In this document: in pieces, positions 25,873-37,400 of the stretch
Layout of the letters: each line of letters opens with the position of its first letter
How positions within the stretch are numbered: position 1 is the stretch's first letter
Assembly: GCA_051047955.1 (NCBI GenBank)
Contig: JBPGPT010000004.1
Location: 558,001 to 622,000, forward strand
Direction: 5' to 3'
Length of the DNA: 64,000 nucleotides
Origin: Cystobasidiomycetes sp. EMM_F5
Taxonomy: Eukaryota
The notes under the pieces: model-generated
Told to the model about the DNA's origin: nothing
Seen by the model: only the letters and a program-made list of their open reading frames with translations
The model's database searches: none
Made by a program: the position numbers and the translations under genes

Positions 25873-26813
25873 GTGCAAATCGTAATGTCCTTCGACACGA
25901 CTCCCGCCTTGCGCACACTGATGGTCTACAGCCCTCGTCTATACCAATGATCAGTCACTTCAGTGTCAGCCACCTGATGTTCACAGCCTCCCAGTGCAAT
26001 CAGCCCAGTCCGAGGTTGTTTCAAGCACTGAAGCATTCTTCATTTTGTGTTTATGCCAGACATAAAGTCAATCCTAGGCGAATAACAACGCAATGGTGTC
26101 TTGTCTAGGAATTCTGTGAGGATTTTATGCACTTTTTTTTGGTGTCTGTCGTATAAGAATGTTGCTCCATACCAAAGAAACCAAAGAGTCGTAAGGTCCC
26201 TACCGCACAGACCCAATGTATATATCTGTAAAGACTCCAAGCGGACGTCGTATAGGGCGTCGCTAAGCATAAGAGAAGGCCCGGTGGGGGGAGTGGCGAG
26301 TGAAAGGTGAAAAAAAAGTCTACTGCAATGCTACACTAAATTTGAAAACCGCAACGGAGCGCAATGGAGCTGTGTTTGTCGCAAGCGTCTGCTCTTGAAC
26401 AAACGATGTTCGACTGAGTTCGCGGGAGAGGATTATGTATGCTACACGGGTCCAACCTGGTTCGAAGACAATTGATGTGGATAGTGAGTCGCCAGAAGAA
26501 AGGAAAGTAAAGCAGACACGCTGCCTCGTGTTCGATCCAATGGCCAAAAGAGTTGAGAGTTTTTGCGGAGAGGAGAGGGGCGCCCGAGAGAAGTAAAAGG
26601 GGAATGAATGGAGAGCAAGATCAATGGGAGACGCATTACCCAACCCCGCAGCACTTGCAAGGGTGGGAATGCGTATAAATACATGTATCATGTATGTTGA
26701 TGCCAAACAATGAAGAGCCGCCAGTAGTGCCATGTAGCGTATCAAGCGGCCAAGAAAGATTTGCCGTACGTCCAGCGCAAGCAGCAAGATGATGCACATG
26801 CTGAGCGCTTCCG

Positions 26814-28223
26814 TCAGGCCATGGTGGACCGATTGTTGTTTCCTTGCGCAGAAGACGCAAACTGTCCGCCTTCCAGAATACCGACATAGGGCGAGTCGAT
26901 ACTCTTTGCGTACTTGTCTGACCCTTCGTAAAAGACGTAGAGCCACTCGCATGCTTCTGTAATCTCTGCTCTGAGCTGCTGAACGAGAGCGTGGGCCGCT
27001 TGGAGACGAGCTGCACCCGCTTCATCCATGTTGGCGTACGTCTGCCGGCTAGAGGCTACATCTAGCGAAGTGCGATGGAGACCTGGACGAGATGGTCGTC
27101 GCGCAACGTTATTGATGGCCAATGAGGGCGATAGCTGCTGTACCGCTGGCACCTTGGGAGCTGATACAGAAGAGCCCATCGTCTGCTCAATCAGGGACGG
27201 AGACGGTGTAGACGCATCGCTGATAGGAGGAGAAACAGAGTTTGACAGAACAGCAGGTGGACTAAACAAGCTTGACGGGGTCGACGAAGACGAGGACGAC
27301 GATGACGAAGAATGTGAAGCAATGCTCGAGTCCGAGACGAAGTTTGCAAGTGCGCTGACGCTGTCCAATGCTGGCCGCTGTGGGAGACCAGTGAGCGAAG
27401 GTGTAGGCTTTGGTGCATCATAACGATGATAGTCTGGCGAAAACGAGAAGCGGTACGATGCCAGCGAGTTACTGAACTGCAGCTTGTGCAGAGCATGGCA
27501 TGTCGCTGCAACCTTGACGAGACCCAGACTGCCCGACGATCCTTTGAGGTATTGTGCCTTGTTGGCTGCAACTTCAGTGTCTCGATTACCTAGGGCAGAC
27601 TCAATCTCTGCGACCGTTACTTCGGCCTGTTCGCACCACGCCCAGACGAGTGCTTTAGAGAATTCGCGAGATGGATCGCCATCGTCCAGAGCTAGAATCT
27701 GATCGTAGGCGTCCATGTCGACGATACCCGTGGCAAATTCGGGAAGCTTGGCTTCGAAAGGCGCTGCCGCACGTCTAGTGTCTGCTCCGCTTGGAAAGTA
27801 GGGATTTACCATGGAAGGTAGGGTAAAGGACAGCGACGCCGATTTCAGTAGTGGAGCGCTTGGTGGCGCAGACGACTGAGCATTTCTGCTGACGCTACTG
27901 CTGCCAGAAAAGGCATTGGGAGTCGTCGGTGCCGAGCACGACGACGATACCACGGGGTCTGCAAAAGTTACCTTGGAAATGGTAAACTGACGTTCTTCAA
28001 AAGCCTTTGCAAGCTGGTCTTCTAGACCAGGCGAATTGCCATTACTCGATGATGAGTTACCGTTGCTTGAGGAATTGCCGCTGTTGGAAGAGTAGGACTG
28101 TGAGTACGAGCTCGACCTGCGCGAGCCACCCGCTGCTGATCCAGACCCATTCTGCCAAGCGGCGATTGAGGATTTGAGGGATGGCTGCTTTTCCGACGAG
28201 AGTTGCAAGTGTCTGAATGGCAT
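26814..28223 (-). CDS. Ypd1-like histidine phosphotransfer (HPt) domain protein lacking the canonical His (pseudo-HPt candidate)
   Basis: Single 469-aa ORF. It contains GIVDMDAYDQILALDD...EFSKALV...EQAE...AQYLKGSSGSLGL.KV...C and a terminal helix ALVQQLRAEITEACEWLYVFY. The GHFLKGSS motif is replaced by AQYLKGSS. Confidence 0.88.
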   Translation of the reverse strand: MPFRHLQLSSEKQPSLKSSIAAWQNGSGSAAGGSRRSSSYSQSYSSNSGNSSSNGNSSSSNGNSPGLEDQLAKAFEERQFTISKVTFADPVVSSSCSAPTTPNAFSGSSSVSRNAQSSAPPSAPLLKSASLSFTLPSMVNPYFPSGADTRRAAAPFEAKLPEFATGIVDMDAYDQILALDDGDPSREFSKALVWAWCEQAEVTVAEIESALGNRDTEVAANKAQYLKGSSGSLGLVKVAATCHALHKLQFSNSLASYRFSFSPDYHRYDAPKPTPSLTGLPQRPALDSVSALANFVSDSSIASHSSSSSSSSSSTPSSLFSPPAVLSNSVSPPISDASTPSPSLIEQTMGSSVSAPKVPAVQQLSPSLAINNVARRPSRPGLHRTSLDVASSRQTYANMDEAGAARLQAAHALVQQLRAEITEACEWLYVFYEGSDKYAKSIDSPYVGILEGGQFASSAQGNNNRSTMA

Positions 28224-29774
28224 AACAGGATGATACGTGTGTCACTACGGTGTAAGTATGTGTTTGTGATATTTGATAGGGCACCCCTCTCCGTATTGGC
28301 TTGAGGGATTATGTAAGCAGGGTAAAGAAGTTGCCGCGAATCTGGCTCAAAACTGTATAGTTTAGAGTGCGACGCGTCAAAGTCGGCTGTATCACGATTT
28401 GGGGGTTTCGAGACCAAAGAGGTGCAGATTTTGACGGTGAGGAAGCGATGTTTGTGTTTGGAGAGGTGTAGTATGAGATTCAAACAGGACAGTACTTCAA
28501 GATGTGAGGGTTATTTGACTCTTGGGAAGTTTCAGGGGGCGCTGTGGGCATTAGCATCGTAGGCACAGGAGGGGGTGGAAGAGTATCGGAAGAGTGGTTG
28601 GATGATTAGAAGCACTGCAATCAGCATACTCCATTCAAACACTGCTACATGTCCAATCTCGGAGACTCACTAGCCGTGTGGGACGCCAGGTAGAAACCTG
28701 CAAGAGGGAGTAACCCTGTCTGTCTTGAAGTTGGACTGTCTGTAGACTGCGAGCTGCGGTGCTTGAAGCTGCCCGCTCGCTAGTGACTAGCTAGCTGCTG
28801 CCGTTTGGATGTCGATGGTTGCTTGGATCCTGATCTATGTCCACGTTGCCCTTGGACAACGGGAAACTCGGAGCGGAAAGCGGGTGCTGCTGGCTACTCG
28901 AGCAGCGACGTCGAGTATGCGTGCGGAGTGACTGGCAGTTGATGGTGAGCCAGGTATCACAGAGTTGGTCGTATTCTCACCCTGACTACTGCCCTTGCTG
29001 CCCAACTCTGTCCTTTGGGCGGCTGCTCGATTGCCCTCTCGATTTCTCGATGGTCGTCGAGTTTGCGAATCGAGACTAGCGTGATTATAAATCTTGGGAT
29101 GGGCAGTTGTAATAGACGCAATACAAGCATTACAAGCATTGCAAGAATTGATTAGTAAGTATTGTAATGATTAGAAATGGCTACTAATGAACTGCATTCA
29201 CCCATTACAACCAACACCCAGCACATCGACACATCCATACCTCCTACACTCCCACACTCAGACACTCCCACCCTGCCAATGTCACTCGGTGCGTCCCATG
29301 AAACTCGCTGACCCCAGTCCCAGTCGTGCTTGGTCACCTGGACAATGGGCGCAGTGCTGACTAATCAGGCACGCCTGGAGGATGGACAGTTCTGCCTGAA
29401 AGACGCCGCAGTGAATGTGGGGTGTAAGAAATGATACAAGGAACGTGTGTCTTGTACAGCAGCCACGGTGTACAATACATCAAGTGAATGCCCTGTCTTC
29501 AAATAATAGTCACAACACTGTCTCACTCTGCGACGACAACCCTTCAAATTGCTTCGACTCCGCCTAAGACACGCACGCACTCACTCACTCACTATACTGC
29601 GACACTCTCGCTTGCATGACAGATGGACTGCATGATAATGCACTACTCCTCATCTCTGCGACTGACTTGACGCACACCTCACGCATTCATGGCCGGCGAG
29701 TGCGTGACCGTGTAGTTTACTCTGCAAGCCACACATCAGCACTTTTACCACTCCCATATCCACACTGCCATCAC

Positions 29775-32700
29775 TCACAACCTCCTCGACGTAACGACCT
29801 TTGGAATCATCGACAGCAGATCCGGCTTTCGCAACGGCTTGGTCAGGTACTCGTCCATCCCAATCGCAATGCACTTTTCACGGTCACCCAGCATCGCGTG
29901 CGCAGTGAGGGCAATGATGGGCACTCGCTCAAGATTGTTGTCCTCCTCGTACCGTCGGATGATGCTCGTCGCTTCGATGCCACCCATGACTGGCATTGAC
30001 AGATCCATGAGGCACTTTGATATCAAATTATACGTCAGCCTGACTGCCTTCTACCTGCGCACTCTGTCACGACCCACAAGATGATAGTGATGCTTCTTGA
30101 TAGCCTCAACAGCCAGTGCTCCATTCTCCACAACACTGACGCGATGTCCAGCAGACTCCAAGAACTTTAGCGCAACCTTTTGATTGACGACATTATCCTC
30201 CGCCAACAAGATCTTGTATGTATATTCGCCATTCAGATCCCTCGAATTGCGATTCGACGTCTCGAGTGCAGGAGTGATGGCATTCGCCACGTCCTGTGCG
30301 TCCGTGGGAACTTCGATGCAATTGGCAATCCCATAGTCGAGCGCATACTTGAGGTTGAGCTGGTCAATGTACGTGCAGATGAGTACTAGTGGGATGTATC
30401 GCAACCGCTCAATCTCGCGCAGTTGCTCGACCAGAGCCAGCTGGTCGACTACGACCGTATCAAAGATGCCCTGCTGCTCGCAAGCCTCTTCGATGGACCG
30501 GACGTGCACCACCTGCAGCCCGCACTCTTGGATAGAGCTCACCAAGCCTTTCGTATCGCTGTCTGCGTAAATCAAGAGGATTCTTCGTCCAGGGTGGGCA
30601 AACGTCATCTTTGTCCGAACTTGATCCAACGACCACGGTCCCTTTCTCGCCCGAGTTGTAAAGTAGAATTGCGATCCCTGGCCGTATTCGCTCGACACCC
30701 ACAATTCACCGCCCATCAGATTGACGAGCCGCTTCGAAATCGTCAACCCTAGACCCGTACCACCGTACTTTCGAGTCGTCGACCCATCCGCTTGCGCAAA
30801 CGTATCAAAGATAATGTCCAGCTTATCCGCCCTGATACCGATACCCGTATCGGCAACGCAAAATTCGAGGAGACGGTTGCCCTCAGAGTCGGGTTTTGAC
30901 AAGCGGCACGACAGTGCAACATGGCCAGACGTTGTAAATTTGACGGCGTTACCCACTAGATTTGTAATGACTTGGCGGAGGCGGAAGGGATCTCCGACGA
31001 CAAAGTCTGGAATCTCTGGATCGATGCGGTATAGCAAGTCTAGCTTGTTTTGCGAAGCCTTGACGGCCAGCGTCTTTAGCACGCCAAATACTGCTGATCG
31101 AACAGAGTACGGAATCTCTTCCATTGTCATTCGTCCCGCTTCAATCTTTGAAATATCCAAAATGTCATCGATAATCAAGAGGAGTGAATTGGCAAGTTGA
31201 GAGACAATCATCAAGTTTTCCCTCTGTGCTCTCGAAAGTTCCGTCTCGAGAGTGACGCCAGTCATACCAATAATGCCATTCATCGGAGTCCTGATCTCAT
31301 GAGACATGTTTGCCAAGAATTCAGATTTGCTTCGGTTTGCCAATTCGGCCGCTTCCCTTGCGGCCGTATTCTTCTGCAATCCATCCCGGAGCGACCCGAC
31401 CATCTGATTGATCTTATTCTTGAGCGTGTCCATCTCTCCAGACGCGTCGACAGTGACGAGCGAACTAAAGTCGCCCTCTGTGGCAGCGGCTGAAATCTGC
31501 GCAAAAGCTCGGACCTGGTTGGTAAGATTCAACGCCATGGTGTTTACATTCGACGTAATCTCTTGCCATGTTCCATCGATATTGTCCACTTTGGCAGTAA
31601 CGCCCAGATTGCCCTTTGTGCCGACTTCGTGTGCGACATTGGTCACTTCTGCAGCAAAGATCGACAGACGGTCAATCATATCGTTGATGGTCTTGCAGAG
31701 CGCAGCAATTTCGCCGGCGGCTTCAATGTCCACTTTTACGCTAAGATCGCCGTTTGCGACCGCAGTGGTAGCAGTAGCGATGCCGCGCACTTGAGCGGTA
31801 ATCTGGCAAATGGTACGTCAGTCGCATTCCCTTCCAGTATGAAGGAGTCGTGACCTACTCGGCGTGACATAGTGTTTACATTATCCGTCAAGTTTCTCCA
31901 CTCGCCAGAGACGGAAACGACCTGAGCCTGACCACCGAGTACGCCATCTGTGCCAACTTCTCTTGCTACACGCGTCACCTCTCCGGAAAACATGCGCAGC
32001 GAGTCCACCATGGAATTGACAGTAAGCTTGAGCTCGAGAATCTCTCCTCGTGCATCGACCTCAATCTTTCGGGTGAGATCGCCTTCGGCGACTGCCTTTG
32101 TCACATTTGCAATGGATCGTACTTGATCAGTCAGATTTTGAGCCTGTATCAAGAAAGGTAGTCAGATCTGAAGCAAGCCAACACTTAAAACGTCTCATTT
32201 ACCATTTGATTGACATTATCCGTCAGTGTCTTCCAGGTACCACGAACGCTGTTCAATCAACGCATTTCAGCACCACTTCGTCTGTATTCTACCACCTTCA
32301 GCATCACCCACTTTTCAACACGCGCCGAACCTCCCAATCTTCCTTCAGTACCGACTTCGAGTGCCACTCTTGTGACTTCGGATCCAAAGGTACGCAACTG
32401 CTTCACCATGCCATTGACTGTTCCTTTGAGCGCTAGAATCTCGCCTTTGGCATCGACATCAATCGTCCTGGATAGATCGCCCGCTGCAACTGCTTCGGTG
32501 ACTGTCGCGATAGCCCGTACTTGGTCTGTGAGATTGGAAGCCATATTGTTGACGCAGTCTGTAATCTCGCGCCATGTGCCTTCAACGTTCTCAACGCGCG
32601 CTGAACCGCCAAGTCGTCCTTCTGTACCGACTTCAGTCGACACGCGGATGACTTCCATGGCGAAATTGTTGAGTTGGTCCACCTGACGAAAGGCAACCAG

Positions 32701-34088
32701 GTCAGTATGTGCGTGCGTAATTTACAATTAGTATATGAAAGGTCAAATGAGCGCACCATGACATTTATCGTCGTCTTGAGTTCTGCCACTTCACCGTCTG
32801 CTTCGACTGCAATCTTTTTACTCAAGTCTCCTTTGGCTACTGCTTTCGTAACTTCGGCAATGGACTATTAACAAAGCGACGAAATACACTGTCAGCCACG
32901 AGTTCAAGCAAGTCAAAATGAAGGACGACCCACCCTGACTTGGGTCGTCAGATTCTCTGCGAGCTTATTGACTGTCGTCGTCAATTCCTGCCACGTCCCC
33001 TCTACGCCCTCGACTACAGCCTGTCCTCCCAATTTACCATACGTACCCACATCAAGCGACACGCGCGTAACTTCATTCGCAAACGTAATGAGCTTCTCCA
33101 CCATTCCGTTTATATCCTCTTTGAGCTCGTGCAGATCGGCTCCCTGTACCTTGACTTCTACCTTTTGCGACAAGTCACCGCGTGCTACTGCCTTGCATAC
33201 CCTTGCGAAATCTTGTACTTGGGCTTTGAGCAGCTTCAATTCCTTTTCGGCAGACAGTTGCTCCCCGTCGGCAGTCCCCATCTGGGGCGACAGAATGCCA
33301 CTGCTGCTGCTCGGCTCGCTGCTTGCGCCTACATGACTGACGTTGCTGCTACTGACTATCCTGTCTGCATTGATACTGCCGATACTGCTGTCGCTGGATT
33401 GGTTTGTGAAGGGTGGAGGAGATGTTTGGGAAGACGAAGCGAAACTAGCTGCCAATCTGGCAATGTCTTCGGATGGGAGGATGGGGGAAGAATACGAGTG
33501 CACAGCACTCGTCACTGAACGAGAATCGACAGCCCGTGTCGTCTGAAAGTGAAGAAGAGGTGAGTTTGGTGTGAGTGGCGTGGTAGACGTCTCTTCGGCA
33601 AGTGCCAGCCGCTGTGCAATTCGAGCAATACTAGCCAGTACTGCTTGGCTGTCTGTAGTGCATGACCCAGTCTTGCTCGAAATGTCAAGCCTAGATTGCT
33701 TCAAAGACTGCGTAAAGTGCGTAGGGTCCGCTTCGAGTGCCGAGAGGAGTGCGACGAGGTCCGCCGCAACGACGGGCGATGAGCTGAGGCCAGACTCCTT
33801 CGAGTGAGCCTCCTGCTGAGTGTACCGCTCAGTCGCAGTCATGGCCAGAATGCCGGGAGAGCGGGCGTCTGACACTGCCGTTCCTGGAGTGTACGGCGAC
33901 GACGACGACGAGAAGGAGGGAGTGCGGAGTGGGCCGTACTCTTCGCTGAGGCTGCTGCTGCTCACACCGCTGCCAGTACTGAAACTCCCACTGCTGATAC
34001 TGCTGTACGGTACTCTGGCAAGCAGCGGTCGCCGGAGTGTCGCTGTCGCTGATGGATTGGGGATATCGGTGTCGGATGGTGCTGCCAT
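29775..34088 (-). CDS. NIK1: Group III hybrid histidine kinase (Nik1/Os-1/Tco1 type)
   Basis: Five HAMP repeats of about 92 aa plus a final HAMP. H-box [19 protein letters not shown]-box [10 protein letters not shown]1/G2 DTGIGI / GGTGLGL, a degenerate first receiver, and a terminal receiver LLAEDN...[11 protein letters not shown]...KP. Confidence 0.95.
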
Positions 34089-34491
34089 GCGTATGTATAT
34101 GGTTACAAGGTGTTGCTGGTTGGAAGAGTATAATCCTCCAAGTCTGGCTGCCTCAGTCTTGACGCTAAACGAGTGCAGCTAGTGGCAGGGGCATGCAGTT
34201 TATAATAGCAGGGTGTCCACTTTGAAGTATCCGATTAGCAGCTCATCAATGACCATTCTAATGACTTGTAATGACTTGTAATGCGTTGTAATTCCTCCAC
34301 TAATCCCCTGCGCTTTGCACTTTCATGCTCACTCTCCCCTCCTGCTGATTGTCAGTCGCGTACAGATTGTGGCAAACGACGCGTTGAACGGCGAGGGGTT
34401 ATTATTCAAAGATAGGACTTGATGGTGACAACACAGACCAAGGGCAGTCTACAAGTACAACATGCAGCACACCGTCTGATTACTCTCACCC

Positions 34492-37400
34492 TCACTTCCG
34501 GAAATGGTACGACGGGAGGCGGGAACGGCGAGCAGAGATTGGACTGCGAGCCATAACGGGGGTGGGTGAGGGGTGGTGCTGCATTGCGGGAACAGCGTCG
34601 TCGTACGAGATGGCCAGTCCGACAGCAGCAGTGGAGAGTGGCGGTGGAGGAGCGTCCACCCTGTCCTCCTCTCGATGACCCACGTCTCCCGTGATCGTCA
34701 TCCTCGACTGCTCGTCCAGCATGTCCCGCTTGACTTTGGCGACCCTGTCCGACCAGAACTGTCGCACCTCGTCATGCATGAGTCGGTGGTCTGATAGTGA
34801 CCTCGCTCCAGATAGAGTAGCAGCAGTGACAGGTCGACCAGAACTCCTCATACTGCTACTCTTACTCTCCTCCCGCCATCTTCGCTGCTCCTCCACAATC
34901 ACAGAAGGTGATCGAGGACGTCCTATCCGAATAGGAGCGGTGCGAGTATTGGTAGCAGTGTTCAACCTCGACAACGAAGGTTTGTTGGAGAGGATGCCAT
35001 TACCACGCATCATGGGCTGTGACGTGGCAGCAGAGTAAAGGGACGGCTGCAATGTGACAGAGTGAAAGGACGGCTGCGACTTAGCAGAGTGAAAGGATGG
35101 CTGCGGCGTAGCAGAGTGAAAGGAAGGCTGCGACGTGACAGAGTGAAAGGAAGGCTGCGACGTCGCAACTGCCGTTTCCAGACTCTGCGTGCGCGCAAGC
35201 CTTGCGGCCGTCATACAGGAGGTCTGGAAGGCACTGATGATCTTCCCCCGATCCTTCTTTCGAGCGCTAGGTGTACTGCCCAATTGTGGTGAAGGACCAG
35301 CAGACGAAGATGAAGGTTCCGGAACAGTCAAAAAGATACTAGTTCGCATAGCGGCTGACCAGTTGCTCTTCTTGCGCGAATGAGCACTCCCATACTCGCT
35401 TGAAATGTGCATCATCTCGTCGTCCTCAGTGGATTTCGCCGATGTGAAATCGTGCTCGTCCGACCATATTGGCAGTAAATCAACTTGCATCAGACTAGGA
35501 TGATGCTGCGCTTTTCCTCGTAAATCATGCACGCCTGCTACTCTGGCGACGCCCCAATCTTCTTGTACTCTGTACCGCGTCCCACGATCAGGTATCGTTT
35601 GGACATCATCTCGCAGATCCGCTTTGGAAGGCCGTAAACGAAGAGAAGGACCTTCGCTGTGTCGTGTAGCAAATACGACAAGATCAGAGAAGATGAACAC
35701 AAAGATGGGCGTTTCTTTACATTTGACCGCCCGGGAAGTTTTGCCGAGATATGGAGAGCTCATCTTACCACCCTCTGACCCTGTCTGAGGCACTAATGGC
35801 GAGCCGATATGTGAAGTGGTAGTGCGCTGGCGCGTATCTGCCCATGCCGATTGCGGAGAAGCAAATTGCGATTGTGTAGGCGAAGCAAGACTCTGCCCGC
35901 TATGCGAGTAGAGTGAGTCGGGTCGTAGGTGAGAATGCTGAGATTCAGCGTACATCAGAGGTGACGCAGCTCGAGAAGGTTGAGTAGGTCTTTGAAAGTC
36001 GTAGTCTGTGAAAGCAGACATTGCCGCAGAGCTCATCTCGGACATTGTCGACGGTGGCCGAGGTGAGACTCCCCATGCACCACTGTCACCAGCTGGAGAG
36101 TGACCATCGATAAGGAAAGGTGACGGACTTCCATCTACGCCGTCCAGCGAAAAGGCTGGAGAAGCCAGTGGCACGCTCGATAGATTCGGTGGCGCCACAG
36201 AGGGTCCGTGCGACTTTAATAGCGTAAACGAGCCAGTCAGCTCGTCAATGCCAAGGTAGTGTCGTTCTTTGTCGCCTAGATGGACTCTTCGCAGCATACC
36301 GCTCGCCAACAATTGTCGATCTCGTTTAGGTAGGGTCATATTCGTTGGGAGTCCAACAATCTTGTGCGAGAATGATTTGATGTGCAGATATTCCTCCTCT
36401 CGTGCTTTTACCTCCTGCATTGTCCGAATGATGGAGTCCGTTGCTTGAAACAGCAGTACGGTAGCTTCATAGTCTAGATGAGGAGCAGGAGTGAGATCGC
36501 AAAGTTGCTGAGCAGGGGGAGCGTATCAGCGTCAGCCTCATAAATAAGATCGAACGTTACACACCTTGAAGAAGAGCGAATACTTCATGAGACGTTGAAC
36601 AGGTTTGAGAAGAAAGCTCGACAAAGTCATTGCTCCGCACTCCGGCAGCATCTGCTGCATCCGCACAAATTCTCCAAACTCATGCGTCGCATCCGCAATC
36701 ATAGCTTCTATTTCGTGGTTCACATGCTCGAAGCTGACCAGATAGGGCTGATATATCTCGAGGCGAGGGATGAATAGCAGGAACGCTTCTGCTATGCGCC
36801 AGACAATCGGGATCTGCGAGTCTCTGCACTCCTGCAAGGCAGAGGCAATGTGTGTATGAAGTACGATGATGTCGTCCAGCCAGTCCAGTAGATCAGACAC
36901 CTGTCGCGGTATGCCCGCGATCCACTGCCCGTTTGGCATTCGCAATGGGGTCGAGAATACCTTGACGACACCTCGAAGACCATTCACAAATGCTTGCTCG
37001 GTTTGAATCAACTCCCATATCACCTCTTGTCGGCGTAACTCTGCAGTGGTGTGCGTGTCCTCCAGCCGGTTAGTCAGTGAATTAGATAGAGTCGATCTCC
37101 ATGTGTGCGTGGCCAGCGCAGGCGAAGGAACGGGCGAAGCAATCCGTACAGACTTTGCATTAGGATCGCCAGTACTGATGCGCGAGCGGGGCGCCGAGTA
37201 ATGAGTAGACAGTCGGGATGGTCCAGTCATTGACCTCTGTCTCTTGATCTCCACCGGAGCCATAGATGCGTTCTGACGTTTGATGTTAGCCTGCCCTGAA
37301 TCTGAAGCAGAAGCATCTTGCTGAAGAGCGGTTTGGACAGCTTCCGGTCCGCCAAAAATGCTGGGTAAGCGAGTTCTTCGCTTCGGATTTTGGCAGCTCT

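Noticed and set aside
30240..30600. Degenerate first receiver domain of the histidine kinase
   Set aside because: A normal feature of group III kinases; the terminal receiver Asp and the H-box His are intact.
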